Positions 17,950 to 27,511 of a stretch of DNA of 64,000 bases are shown here, one piece after another. The position numbers and the translations under genes were made by a program. This stretch comes from Acidimicrobiales bacterium. GTDB taxonomy: Bacteria; Actinomycetota; Acidimicrobiia; Acidimicrobiales; Aldehydirespiratoraceae. The stretch covers positions 7 to 64,006 of the forward strand of contig JAJCXZ010000051.1 of NCBI GenBank assembly GCA_029263175.1, read 5' to 3'. The notes under the pieces were generated by a model. That model saw nothing but the letters and a program-made list of their open reading frames with translations, was not told the origin of the DNA and searched no databases. Numbering within the stretch: the first letter of the stretch is position 1; every line of letters starts with the position of its first letter.

Positions 17950-19014
17950 ATGAAACGAGTGGTGGCTGTCCTGATCCTCCTTCTCGCAGCCTGCGGCTCT
18001 GGCGAAGATTCGACGGCCGATGCGGGTGAGTCGTCGACCTCGTCGAGTTCGACATCAGCGCCCGCCGACACGACTGCACCGCAAACAACGGCGGCCCCTG
18101 CGACTTCGGAGGCACCCACGACCACGGCCGTCGAGGTTCCCGTTGCCTTGGACTGCGGAGCGGCCGACGGGATCCTCGGACTGTTGTGGAACGACTGGGC
18201 CAACGCCACTGCGGTCTCGCCGGCGTTCGCCTCGTTCACCGACGAGCTCCCGACCGGGGAGCTCCGCGTCACGGCCTACGACCCGTCGACTCGGCTGATC
18301 GCCGGTGTCTGGGTGTTCCCGGACCCTCAGGGCGATGGACTCTCGCAGGGCATCGTCTGGCTCGACGGTGCGGTTGTCGGCGACGTCTACTACCTCGACG
18401 GCGTCGACCCGCTCGTGGAGGGCGAAACCACCCTGCTCGAGACAGGCGACCTCGTCACCATGGAGCTCGACATGGACGGTAGCCAGGCCATTGCCACCGG
18501 GTGCTGGGTCGGTCCCAAACCCCCGCTCGTCTCACCTTCCAATCCGCTCACGATCAACGGAATCGGCCCGATCAGCGCGGGAATGACGTTGGCGCAAGTA
18601 CTCAACGCAGTGGGCGACTTCCCTCACGATGTGTCGGATCAGCTCGATTGGGCGGATGGCTACTGCTACGTACTTCCGCTCGAGGACTCCGGACTTTGGC
18701 TCCAGCTCGAAGGCCTGGGACCCGACGCATCTCCGCTGGATGCGATTGTCGGAGCGGTGGTCGTCTTCCACGGCAATTACTCGACCCCGTCGGGAATGGC
18801 GCTCGGCACGACGCAGGCCGACCTCGAAGCGGCGCTGGGCGATCAGCTGGAGATCTCACCCCACGCGTATGCCGATGGCACCTATCACGATTTTGTACCC
18901 AACGACCCCGACGAGCAGCATCTCCGACTGAGGTTCGAGGTCACCGGGGGTGTCATTACGCAGATGCGTGCCGGCTTGGCGACATCCACGTTACTCGTCG
19001 AGGGTTGCAGCTGA
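17950..19014 (+). CDS. lipoprotein, hypothetical (354 aa)
   Basis: Start at ATG 17950 (MKRVVAVLILLLAACGSGED, lipobox LLAAC) within track ORF 17671..19014. A Ser/Thr/Ala/Pro-rich linker follows. Confidence 0.78.
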   Translation: MKRVVAVLILLLAACGSGEDSTADAGESSTSSSSTSAPADTTAPQTTAAPATSEAPTTTAVEVPVALDCGAADGILGLLWNDWANATAVSPAFASFTDELPTGELRVTAYDPSTRLIAGVWVFPDPQGDGLSQGIVWLDGAVVGDVYYLDGVDPLVEGETTLLETGDLVTMELDMDGSQAIATGCWVGPKPPLVSPSNPLTINGIGPISAGMTLAQVLNAVGDFPHDVSDQLDWADGYCYVLPLEDSGLWLQLEGLGPDASPLDAIVGAVVVFHGNYSTPSGMALGTTQADLEAALGDQLEISPHAYADGTYHDFVPNDPDEQHLRLRFEVTGGVITQMRAGLATSTLLVEGCS

Positions 19015-19045
19015 GATCAGAGTGGGTTGAGCAGTCAGCGATGGT

Positions 19046-19945
19046 TCAGACCGCGGCGGCGATTTCCAACGTCTGCATGCCGATCGCGTACATATGCGGA
19101 TTGTCGCTCGACGATGACACCACCGCCAGACCGTGGGCGACGCCCCAACCACGACCACGGATCCACATTGCGTCATCGATCGGCCGAGCGGTGGTGTCAG
19201 CGGCGTCTCGCAGGATGGATCGGTTCTCGGCGTCGAAGAGCGCCCATGCGACGAGCAGATCCGTCGCCGGATCTCCACCGGTGATGTCACCGAAGTCGAT
19301 CACCGCGGCCAATCCGTTGTCGTGTACGACGATGTTGGCCGGATGTAGGTCTCCATGGATCCACATCGGTCCGCGATCCCAGGGCGAGGCAGCCAAGGCC
19401 TCCTCCCACGCGTTCGCCACCTTGCTTTGCAGCTCTGGAACGTGGTCAAGCGCAGCCATTCGGTTTCGTGTGATCTCGTCTCTGCCTGCGAGCGGGCCGC
19501 CACGAAACGGGTTGAGCGGATGGTCAGCGGGAGCGGGCTTGTGGAGCGCGGCCAGAAACGAGCCCAGGGAGCGAGCCACACGGGCCGGCTCAGCCAGCGG
19601 AGTGGTTCCGATCGCCGTGCCCTGAAACCAGGGAACAACGGTCCACGGCCACGGGTAAGCGTCGGTCGGCTCGCCGATGAAGACGGGGCTGGGGACACGC
19701 ACCGGCAGTCGCGGCGCAAGCCTGGGCAACCATTCCGCCTCGTGATCCACGAGGGCCACCGAAACCTCCCGTCGGGGCAGACGGACGACGTGGTCGGGGC
19801 CGACGCGAAACAGAGCGTTGTCCCATCCATTGGCCAACAGCGTGATCGACAAACCGGCCAGCTCCGGGAGTTGGGCGGCCAGCAGCGAACGCACGAGCTC
19901 TGCCGTGACATCGATCTCGGCCTCGGGCATATTCGAACTCACCAC
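19046..19945 (-). CDS. aminoglycoside/phosphotransferase (APH) family kinase
   Basis: 299-aa ORF with NALFRVG, WIHGDLHPANIVV and AVIDFGD (Brenner and DFG-like motifs). Confidence 0.87.
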   Translation of the reverse strand: MVSSNMPEAEIDVTAELVRSLLAAQLPELAGLSITLLANGWDNALFRVGPDHVVRLPRREVSVALVDHEAEWLPRLAPRLPVRVPSPVFIGEPTDAYPWPWTVVPWFQGTAIGTTPLAEPARVARSLGSFLAALHKPAPADHPLNPFRGGPLAGRDEITRNRMAALDHVPELQSKVANAWEEALAASPWDRGPMWIHGDLHPANIVVHDNGLAAVIDFGDITGGDPATDLLVAWALFDAENRSILRDAADTTARPIDDAMWIRGRGWGVAHGLAVVSSSSDNPHMYAIGMQTLEIAAAV

Positions 19946-19962
19946 GGCGAGAACGCTGACGG

Positions 19963-20805
19963 TCAGGTCGACAGCATCTCGACGATCACCCGAGCCGTCT
20001 CGGACCCGTCATCACATGCAGCTGCCCAGCCACCGGCCGGCCCGTGGTGGTTGTCGTCCAAGATCGAGATCGACGCGCCATGATCGATGAGGAAGCGCAC
20101 CATGTCGGGTTTGCCGAATTGGACGGCGAAGTGCAACCCGGTCGTGTTGCACCAGGGTCGGGCATCGATGTCCGCGCCAATGCCGAGCAGATGGTCCACC
20201 ACGGCCGTGCGTCCGTTCGCGGCCGCGAACACCAGAGCCTCCCCGATCAGCTCGGCCGGATCACTGGAGGGAGGGGCGCCGGCCGGGCGGCCGACGTCGG
20301 CCCAGTTCGGCCGGTATGGCCCCGGATTTCGTTTCAGCCTGCCGTCACCGTCGATCCACTCGGCGACCTGCGAAAGGAGGCCGGAGGCGGCCGCAAGCCA
20401 GAGGCTCGGACGATGCAGCCCATGCGTGACCAGAATGTCGGCGGCCTCGCTGGACCCGTGCATGGCCGCCGACTCGAGCGGGGTGATGTCTGCGTCAGCT
20501 CGCGCGGCCGGGTCCGCTCCCGCACCAAGGAGCCGAACGCAGAGCGGGGCGAGGTTCCAACAACCGGCGAGATTGAGGGCCCGGTCCAACGCCGCACCCC
20601 GCTCGATCAGCACGTCGATGACCTCCGTCGACACTCCCTGCGGCGGCTGGGTGGCCCACTCGAGCAGGGTGTTGCCCTGCCAGGAGAGAGTCACCAGTTC
20701 GGGATCAGTGGCAACAATCGCATCGAGGCCCGCCGCATCGCCGACCATGAGTGCATGCAGCGCTGGCTGCATGCGCTCGTCGCTGACCTCGCCAGGACTG
20801 CTCAC
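19963..20805 (-). CDS. ankyrin-repeat protein
   Basis: 280-aa ORF with repeated TPLE.AA..G..E....L...GA units (for example TGLHFAVQFGKPDMVRFLIDHGASI). Confidence 0.83.
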   Translation of the reverse strand: MSSPGEVSDERMQPALHALMVGDAAGLDAIVATDPELVTLSWQGNTLLEWATQPPQGVSTEVIDVLIERGAALDRALNLAGCWNLAPLCVRLLGAGADPAARADADITPLESAAMHGSSEAADILVTHGLHRPSLWLAAASGLLSQVAEWIDGDGRLKRNPGPYRPNWADVGRPAGAPPSSDPAELIGEALVFAAANGRTAVVDHLLGIGADIDARPWCNTTGLHFAVQFGKPDMVRFLIDHGASISILDDNHHGPAGGWAAACDDGSETARVIVEMLST

Positions 20806-21800
20806 GGCTCGACTGTGACCGCGGCGCCCGGCCTGACTTCACCGGACGCCAGAGGGATGGCATAGAGCCGTGACCATCCCGGGTTCGTTTCGTGAAGGAT
20901 CCGGTTGAAGTCGCGGTCGCGGAACCATTGCGCGTTCTTGGCGCACGGAATGGCGTATGCCGTTATCAACATCGGGATACTGTCGACGGTCAGCATCGTC
21001 CCGGGTCGGATCTCCGCCCACTCGACTCCGGTCACGGTCAGGTTCTCGCCCGCCGCTCCAGCGCTGATCGGATGACCCTCGGCCCGGAGCTGGGCGATCA
21101 CGTCGGCACTCCACAGGCACAGGGCTTGGAGCGGCCGACCGTGGTGGCGCCGGTCGTCCTGGGAATCGCCATCCATACCGCTCGGGCCGATCGTCGCCGA
21201 GTCGACGGGCAGCTTCGGCACGCCTCCTTGCGACAGGTGGAGCGCAGCCAGCGCGCCCTCGCTGTGCGGCGCACCGAAACCAAACTCGTAGCGAATCCGG
21301 CCGATGTCAGCCATGTGGTGCAGGCCGTCGTGGAGCACGTGGCGGGCAAACCAGCCAACGCTTCGTTCCTCGCCGCCTATGACAGCGAACTCTTGCCATT
21401 GTTCATCATCGAGCGAGCCGAGCAGCACGCGGATGGTCTCGTATTCTCGTGCGACCCGATCCAAAGCGACGGGGACATCGACCATCCGCAGCTCATCGGT
21501 GAGGCCCATGTCGGGAGGTTCGCCGAGATCGACACCGGGCTCGGCCAAGGCCGACTCGATCACGAATCTTGCGGCGAAGGCCACGTCACGCACGTGGTCG
21601 ACATACTCACCGATCGACCATGTCTCGGGATCGGGCCGTTTCGCCATCACCTCCTCGTCAAGCCCATCGAGCGCAAACGACAACACCGCGGCGATCGATC
21701 GCTGAGACGAAATGGTGTCGGCGCGGTTGTACAGCTCGCTGTCGAAGCCGCAGAACTCACAGAGTTCTCGCGGCCCGCCGGGCCCTTCGATGCCTGCCAT
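20802..21800 (-). CDS. DinB-like (N-terminal) plus MOSC domain (C-terminal) protein
   Basis: 332-aa ORF with N-terminal WSIGEYVDHVRD...HVLHDGLHH (DinB-type His triad) and a C-terminal MOSC-like segment (GDSQDDRRHHGRPLQALCLWS...GENLTVTG). It overlaps the next gene by 4 nt. Confidence 0.82.
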   Translation of the reverse strand: MAGIEGPGGPRELCEFCGFDSELYNRADTISSQRSIAAVLSFALDGLDEEVMAKRPDPETWSIGEYVDHVRDVAFAARFVIESALAEPGVDLGEPPDMGLTDELRMVDVPVALDRVAREYETIRVLLGSLDDEQWQEFAVIGGEERSVGWFARHVLHDGLHHMADIGRIRYEFGFGAPHSEGALAALHLSQGGVPKLPVDSATIGPSGMDGDSQDDRRHHGRPLQALCLWSADVIAQLRAEGHPISAGAAGENLTVTGVEWAEIRPGTMLTVDSIPMLITAYAIPCAKNAQWFRDRDFNRILHETNPGWSRLYAIPLASGEVRPGAAVTVEP

Positions 21801-21874
21801 GGGGCGAACCCTAGATCAATCCGGCGAATCATCGGGATGGGCCGGCATGCAGAGCCAGGTGATTTGCGCGACAA

Positions 21875-22213
21875 TTGAACGGTGTCCAGTACTTCCCGGT
21901 GTCCTGGGTGGTGACCCAACACTCCGACCTCCCGCCCCCGCTTTCGGCGGACGCGCTGCGTTGGGTCGAACATGTTCATGTGCTCGAATACGTCACGCAG
22001 TCGGTTCCGCGTCGCACCGCGAGCGTGGCGGCAGCCCTTGCCATGCTTGATCGTGATCTTCCGATGGGCTCGCGAGACATCGCCATCTTTGCTCGCACGG
22101 GCCACGAGACCGTCCGCCGCGCCGCCGACGCGCTGTACGAACTCGGGCTCATCGACCGCCACCGTCGCCCGCTGGTGCATGCCCGATCGGACGGCAACGA
22201 GATACTCGGCTAA
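21875..22213 (+). CDS. hypothetical protein, possible winged-helix DNA-binding
   Basis: 112-aa ORF with a TTG start and GC3 that looks high by eye. SRDIAIFARTGHETVRRAADALYELGLI resembles an HTH. No firm family. Confidence 0.4.
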   Translation: MNGVQYFPVSWVVTQHSDLPPPLSADALRWVEHVHVLEYVTQSVPRRTASVAAALAMLDRDLPMGSRDIAIFARTGHETVRRAADALYELGLIDRHRRPLVHARSDGNEILG

Positions 22214-22605
22214 TCGTCTCGTCCCGGCTTCTGCCGCCCCCGTTTCACATCACTTCGGCGACGCTTCTCCTCGACCCGTCGCCGCTTGGAGCCGCGGGTT
22301 GGTTTGGTGGCCCGCCGAGGGCGCTCGATCTTCCCGGCCGCGGCGACGCGACCACGTAACCGAGCAATTGCAATCTCGCGGTTGCGGAGCTGCGAGCGCT
22401 CATCGTCGACCGTGGCTCGCACCGTGTCACCGAGCTTCTTCATGACGCGCTGACGTAGTCCTTCCGGCATCGAAGGCGACTCGGCAACGCTGAAGGTGGC
22501 ATCGACCTTGGTGTTGCTGCGGTTCGCGTGCTGACCACCTGGGCCGCCCGACGCGACAAAGCGGAAAACGATCTCTGCCTCCGGGATCTCCCACCCGGCC
22601 GTCAT
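22210..22605 (-). CDS. arfB: alternative ribosome-rescue factor / peptidyl-tRNA hydrolase ArfB
   Basis: Start at ATG 22605 (MTAGWEIPEAEIVFRFVASGGPGGQHANRSNTKV). It has the GGQ motif and a basic C-terminal tail (KPTRGSKRRRVEEKRRRSDVKRGRQK). Confidence 0.87.
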   Translation of the reverse strand: MTAGWEIPEAEIVFRFVASGGPGGQHANRSNTKVDATFSVAESPSMPEGLRQRVMKKLGDTVRATVDDERSQLRNREIAIARLRGRVAAAGKIERPRRATKPTRGSKRRRVEEKRRRSDVKRGRQKPGRDD

Positions 22606-22606
22606 C

Positions 22607-22882
22607 TCAGCTCGCGACGAGCGGTGGAAAGAACTCGGAGATGTCCATCTCGAGGAACGCTGCCAGGGCAGCGATCTCTTCGGCTTTGGTCTGGGTCCGG
22701 CCATTGAGACGATCACGCATCGCCTCCCGGTTTACACCAATCACTCGAGCGAGACGTTGTTGCGAAACGCCCCGCGCTGCCCGAGCGTCAGCAAGCACCT
22801 GCCGGATATGACCTTGCGTCGCAAGCATCAATTGGCCGTATTCGGCTGTCTCGATGCATTTATTGTGGGCACGTCTCCCCAT
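22607..22882 (-). CDS. XRE-family helix-turn-helix transcriptional regulator (91 aa)
   Basis: Start at ATG 22882, preceded by GAAGGGGA. The HTH is VSQQRLARVIGVNREAMRDRLNG. Its stop lies 1 nt upstream of the arfB start codon. Confidence 0.72.
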   Translation of the reverse strand: MGRRAHNKCIETAEYGQLMLATQGHIRQVLADARAARGVSQQRLARVIGVNREAMRDRLNGRTQTKAEEIAALAAFLEMDISEFFPPLVAS

Positions 22883-23157
22883 TCGGATCCCCTTCGCCCC
22901 GCCCAAGCAGCTAGCGCCCGCACCTCGCGCCGCGGAGTCTAAGGGACACGTGTCTCTGGTGCCACTCATGGGCCGCCAGCGCGGACGACACGGGCCGGAC
23001 TACCCATAATTTTGGGACCCGTCAGGGCCGCGAGCAGGGACCCCTTGCCCTGATTCGTGGGCCGGAGAACGCCGTCGGCTTCAGCGTGGGGGGCGTTTGT
23101 CCGTAGCTGCCGAGGCAACATCCCACACAGAGTGGGAAGGACAGGAAGTACGAGCAC

Positions 23158-23367
23158 ATGACGGACAGGAAAGGGATGCTCCCCGTGTACAACCTCAACG
23201 AACATCGGATCTCTCCAGCTGCACTGCTGCGACCCGACGATCTCGTTACCCGGACCCATCGCCGGGCCCGAACGGCCGCCATCCTTCGAGATGACCGCCT
23301 CCAGGTGACAACCGATACGACCGGAGGATTCACTGCCCGGCGCGTGCAGGCTCTAATCGAGGTGTGA
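23158..23367 (+). CDS. small hypothetical protein (69 aa), divergent from the XRE regulator
   Basis: ORF preceded by purine-rich GGAAGGACAGGAAG. No domain. Its 3' end overlaps the convergent phosphatase gene by 15 nt. Confidence 0.3.
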   Translation: MTDRKGMLPVYNLNEHRISPAALLRPDDLVTRTHRRARTAAILRDDRLQVTTDTTGGFTARRVQALIEV

Positions 23368-23931
23368 AACGTGCGCTGTCTCGTTGAATGAGCGCAACGA
23401 CGGTGTCGGTCCGCCAGTGGCGATACGCAGGATCGAGGCCTGGGCGACGAAGCTGCGCCACGAGATGCTGATCGGCACTCCGAGTGCCCACGCCATCGCC
23501 GCCTTGATCGGCGAGACATGGCTGACCAGCACGATGTCGGATGTGGCCGCCGGCGCCGCAAGCTCGTCGAGCAGCGACCAGACCCGAGCGGCGAGCTCGT
23601 CATGGCTCTCCCCCGCCGGCGGCTTCCAGGCGTTGTCGGCGCGCCATGCGTCCCACGTGGCCCGAGGGACATCGGCAACAGGGGTACCCTCCAAGTCTCC
23701 GTAGTTCAGCTCGATCAGGCGCTCGTCAACGTCGTGGTCGGGGTCAATCACAGCGGCGGTCTCCCGACAGCGTGCGAGCGGGCTGCTGATCACCCGGCAG
23801 CCCACGGGGAGTGCTGCGGCTGCCGCAGCCGCCTGGGCGATGCCGGTCTCATCGAGTGAGGGGTCGCGGCGACCAAGGAGTTCGCCGGCCCGGTTGGCCT
23901 CCGTTCGGCCATGGCGCACAACGATCAGCAC
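23353..23931 (-). CDS. histidine phosphatase family protein (phosphoglycerate mutase / CobC-like)
   Basis: 192-aa ORF with N-terminal LIVVRHGRTEAN (RHG motif) and a later VSHVSPIKA His motif. Confidence 0.87.
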   Translation of the reverse strand: MLIVVRHGRTEANRAGELLGRRDPSLDETGIAQAAAAAAALPVGCRVISSPLARCRETAAVIDPDHDVDERLIELNYGDLEGTPVADVPRATWDAWRADNAWKPPAGESHDELAARVWSLLDELAAPAATSDIVLVSHVSPIKAAMAWALGVPISISWRSFVAQASILRIATGGPTPSLRSFNETAHVSHLD

Positions 23932-24425
23932 TCTCCGCCCAACTTTCCGAGATGGGGCAAACGGCCGGTCCGAAGCAACTCGGCCCGATTTGTGGGCTTC
24001 GCCAGTTGGAACCGCCGGCTGATCCAGACGAGCAGGCCGATCCCGACCAGTTCGAGCACCACCAGAACGGCGACGGGATGGTCGTACTCGGGAACGGGAC
24101 CGATCCCGATTTCATCGAGGCCGGCGACCGGCCACCAGAAGAGCTCGGTGCGGGTCCAACTGGTCGAGGCCACGAGGAACACGAACGTGCCGATCGGGAC
24201 ACCGAGCAACTTTCGCCGCACGATCCGACGACCGACCGTCGCGGCCATGACCAGTGTCATCAGGGCAACCGAGCCCAGCAGTGTGTGCAGTACGTACGGA
24301 CGACCGGTCAACGACTCGAGGAGAGGCAACACGCCACCGGCCGCGACGAAGCGGTAGTCGACGGCGGGGCTGTCGAAGACGAGAAGCACGGCGCACACGG
24401 CGGTGGCCACGAACCACAACAACAC
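23925..24425 (-). CDS. hypothetical integral membrane protein
   Basis: 166-aa ORF with about four hydrophobic helices. Its stop overlaps the start of the downstream phosphatase gene. Confidence 0.68.
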   Translation of the reverse strand: MLLWFVATAVCAVLLVFDSPAVDYRFVAAGGVLPLLESLTGRPYVLHTLLGSVALMTLVMAATVGRRIVRRKLLGVPIGTFVFLVASTSWTRTELFWWPVAGLDEIGIGPVPEYDHPVAVLVVLELVGIGLLVWISRRFQLAKPTNRAELLRTGRLPHLGKLGGEC

Positions 24426-24426
24426 G

Positions 24427-25137
24427 TCAGCGCAGCACGATCCGGCCGCACTCTCGGCAGTTCAGGATGGACCCCGAAGCTTCGCGCTTCATACGATCAA
24501 CCTCCATCGCGGGCATGATCGACGGACAACCGGCACAGTTGTTCCCGTCGAATCGAACCACGGTGGCTGCGCCGAACCCTGGTCGAAGGCTCTGGTACTC
24601 GGCCACCAGTTCGGGCGTGGTCTCTGCCGCAGCCGCTGCGCGACCGGCGGATGCCTGTTCGACCTCGGCATCGATCTCGGCCTCGGCAACGGTGATTTCC
24701 GAGGTGAGAACAGCAATCCGGCTGTCGACGTCGGCACGAGCAGCTTCGAGCGCGGCGATCCTTGTGGCCAGCTCCTCAGCCTCTTCCATCGCCTCGATCG
24801 CTTGATCTTCGAACCCGCTCTGTCGGGTGCGCAGGCTCGCGATCTCGTGCTGGAGCGCTTCGAGGTCCTTGACCCCCTGGACCTCACCGCCGTACAGCCG
24901 AGCTTCATCGGCCTCCACCTTGGTGGCCACGATCTGCGCTTCGTCCTCATGGCGACGTTGGCGCGTTGCGACCTCGACGCGAGCGGCGCCAACAGCATCG
25001 ATCTGCAGCTGATGCTCGGCTTGTTCGGCCAACGCAACCTCGAGGGCCGCCCGCTGTTCGAGGTTGACCCGGCGGTGATTGAGAACCTCGGTCTCGGTGT
25101 CGAGCCGTTGCAGTTCGAAGAGCGATTCTTGACTCAC
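24427..25137 (-). CDS. coiled-coil C4 zinc-ribbon protein (COG1579/DUF164-like)
   Basis: GTG start at 25137, overlapping the PBP stop by 1 nt. A long coiled coil is followed by CAGC...CRECG. The longer track ORF (to 25350) is an alternative frame of the PBP poly-Thr tail. Confidence 0.83.
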   Translation of the reverse strand: MSQESLFELQRLDTETEVLNHRRVNLEQRAALEVALAEQAEHQLQIDAVGAARVEVATRQRRHEDEAQIVATKVEADEARLYGGEVQGVKDLEALQHEIASLRTRQSGFEDQAIEAMEEAEELATRIAALEAARADVDSRIAVLTSEITVAEAEIDAEVEQASAGRAAAAAETTPELVAEYQSLRPGFGAATVVRFDGNNCAGCPSIMPAMEVDRMKREASGSILNCRECGRIVLR

Positions 25138-27440
25138 TAGGGCACCATCGTTGTCGTTGTCGTAGTCGTCGCCGTCGTCGTCGGGGGTGGTGACGTCGTG
25201 GTAGTGGTTGATCCGGTCGGCACAGTGGTCGTCGTTGTAGCAGCCGGAACGGTAGTTGTCGTCGTCGTGGTCGTTGTTGTGGTCGGAGCCGTGCACCCAT
25301 CGATGCGCCCATTCCCATCTGCGTCGACCGGTGTGTAGAGAATCGGACACTCCTCGATGCCCTTGTCGAACTCGAACTCATCGGCTTCGCAAAAGTCGAC
25401 AACACCATCCTCGTCCGTGTCGACCTCAGCATCCTCACTGCCGCAGAAGCTCTCCACGACCTCGTTGTAGTCGTCCTCTTCCTGATCGGTGCGGATTCGG
25501 ATTCCGCCACGCGTCCCGTCTGGCGGCTCGAATGGAATCGGTGCCAGGCCGTCGTGAAAGGCGGTGTTGAACTGGCCCCAGACCATGGCCGGAATCGAGC
25601 CACCGGTCACGCTGCCGAACCCCAACGGTCCGCGGTCAACGTTGCGCATCTCGATCTGTTCATCAGGATTACCGATCCAGATGGCAGTGGCGAGGTAGGG
25701 CGTATAGCCGACAAACCATGCGTCGTTGAAATCCTGGGCCGTGCCCGTCTTGCCGGCTGCGGTCTGCTCGGGGAGGCGAGCTCGGGTGCCGGTGCCGGCC
25801 CGAATGTTGGCCTCGAGGATTTGGGTGACGAGACGAGCGGACTGCACCGAAATCGCCCGCTCCGGGTCGGGTGCGTTCTCGAGCAAGATGTTGCCGTCAC
25901 GGTCCTCGACCCGAATGATGAAGATGGGGTCGACTTGCAGGCCGTCGTTGGCGAACGTCGAGTAAGCGGTGGCCATGTCGATGGGCGTGACGTCCTTCGG
26001 GCCGAGCGGCATCGAGATCGGCAAGTCCGAGAGGTCGGTGGTGATACCCAAGGCGCGAGCAGTGTCGGCAACATTCGACAAGCCGACGATCTGGCCGAGC
26101 CGAACAAAGGCGCAGTTCGATGACGACAGCGTCTGCGCCCGCAACGACTTCACCGAACCGCCGGGTCCTCCGAAGTTGTTGGCCCGGTATGGGTTCGGGA
26201 ATCCTCCCGGGTTGGCGAACTCGCAGGTGCCGATTCCGTTGATCGAGTCACCGGGGACGAACCCCTTTTCCATTGCGGCCGCAAGCACGAAGGGCTTGAA
26301 CGAGGACCCCGTCGGTCGACCCTTCTGAGTGGCGATGTTGAACTCGTACTCACCGGGCCCGGTACCGAACCCGGGGCCACCGATCAGAGCGCGCACGTGG
26401 CCCGTGCCCGGTTCAACACCCGCAAGGGCGATTGCGAAGTTGCGGTCGTCCACGGGTGTCAGCGCCTCGACTGCCTCTTCCGCTTGCGCCTGGGCGACCG
26501 GGTCATAGGTCGTGAAGACGCGCAGGCCGCCGCCGAAGAGAGCCTCGGATCGTTCGGTTTGCGTGGCTCCGAGGCGGGGATCATCGAGGAGCTGTCGCCG
26601 CACCTCTTCGATGAAGTAGCCGGTGGGTTCCCATTCGGCCGGCACGAAGCGGGTCGTCGGAAGTGGGCGATCGATGTAGAAGAGATACTGCGGCTCGCTG
26701 ATGTGACCGGTGTCGAGGAGCCGCCGCAAGGCGATCTCGCGACGTTCCTTGGCGTTTTCGGGATAGTTGGTGGGGTCGTAGAGCGTTGGATTGGAGATCA
26801 GACCGGCCAGCATCGCCGACTGATGCCAGTTCAGCTCGAGCGGGCTGATCCCGAAGTAGATCTCTGCCGCGGCCCGCACTCCATACGCACCGCTGCCGAA
26901 GTAGACCGTGTTGAGGTAGGCCTCGAGGATTTCTTCCTTGGTGAGCTGATTCTCGAGGCGCCACGCAAGGGCCGCCTCGGGAATCTTGCGGTCGATGTCG
27001 AGCGCGTTGCCGATCACACCGTTCTTGATCAGCTGCTGGGTGATCGTGGAACCACCCTGTTCGATTCCGCCGGCGTTGACGTTCTCGACGAAGGCGCGTC
27101 CGATGGCCTTGGCATCGACCCCGTTGTGATCCCAGAACCCCTCGTCCTCGACCACGAGGATCGATGTGATCAGGTGGTCGCTGATGTCGTCGAGCTCCAC
27201 CAACGCTCGGTTCTCGACGTCGTACAAGACGTCGAACTCGTCGCCGTTGCGGTCATAGACGATCGACCGGAGTGCCAGCTCATCCAGATTGATCTCGGCG
27301 GTGGAGGACTCGTTCGCCTTCACGATCTCGACGAACCGGGGTGCGAGCGCGGCGACAGAGAATGCAACCGCGACACCGCCACCGAGCAGGATTGCCGCCA
27401 ACCGGACCACACGCAGAAGGTTCTGGAAGATGCTGCGCAC
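25137..27440 (-). CDS. class A penicillin-binding protein (transglycosylase + transpeptidase)
   Basis: 767-aa ORF with an N-terminal TM anchor, glycosyltransferase motifs (EDEGFWDHNGVD, GGSTITQQL, RKIPEA), a transpeptidase SxxK context (GSSFKPF) and KTGT. The acidic Cys-containing tail ends in a poly-Thr stretch. Confidence 0.93.
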   Translation of the reverse strand: MRSIFQNLLRVVRLAAILLGGGVAVAFSVAALAPRFVEIVKANESSTAEINLDELALRSIVYDRNGDEFDVLYDVENRALVELDDISDHLITSILVVEDEGFWDHNGVDAKAIGRAFVENVNAGGIEQGGSTITQQLIKNGVIGNALDIDRKIPEAALAWRLENQLTKEEILEAYLNTVYFGSGAYGVRAAAEIYFGISPLELNWHQSAMLAGLISNPTLYDPTNYPENAKERREIALRRLLDTGHISEPQYLFYIDRPLPTTRFVPAEWEPTGYFIEEVRRQLLDDPRLGATQTERSEALFGGGLRVFTTYDPVAQAQAEEAVEALTPVDDRNFAIALAGVEPGTGHVRALIGGPGFGTGPGEYEFNIATQKGRPTGSSFKPFVLAAAMEKGFVPGDSINGIGTCEFANPGGFPNPYRANNFGGPGGSVKSLRAQTLSSSNCAFVRLGQIVGLSNVADTARALGITTDLSDLPISMPLGPKDVTPIDMATAYSTFANDGLQVDPIFIIRVEDRDGNILLENAPDPERAISVQSARLVTQILEANIRAGTGTRARLPEQTAAGKTGTAQDFNDAWFVGYTPYLATAIWIGNPDEQIEMRNVDRGPLGFGSVTGGSIPAMVWGQFNTAFHDGLAPIPFEPPDGTRGGIRIRTDQEEDDYNEVVESFCGSEDAEVDTDEDGVVDFCEADEFEFDKGIEECPILYTPVDADGNGRIDGCTAPTTTTTTTTTTTVPAATTTTTVPTGSTTTTTSPPPTTTATTTTTTTMVP
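25140..25290 (-). repeat. low-complexity Thr-codon (ACC/ACG/ACA) tract encoding the poly-Thr/Pro tail of the PBP
   Basis: GTCGTCGTCGTT-type triplet repetition on the + strand. It translates as APTTTTTTTTTTTVPAATTTTTVPTGSTTTTTSPPPTTTATTTTTTTMVP. Confidence 0.8.
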
Positions 27441-27511
27441 ACAGCAAAGTTACCGGCGGAAGAGGCCTTCGGCGGCGCGCCCTTGTCGCTGAGCCGTGGC
27501 AGCATGAATCC

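Noticed and set aside
24427-25350. 307-aa version of the zinc-ribbon ORF with an Asp/Asn/His-rich N-terminal extension
   Set aside because: The extension is the alternative frame of the PBP poly-Thr/acidic tail. A GTG at 25137 overlapping the PBP stop gives a normal 236-aa COG1579-like protein.
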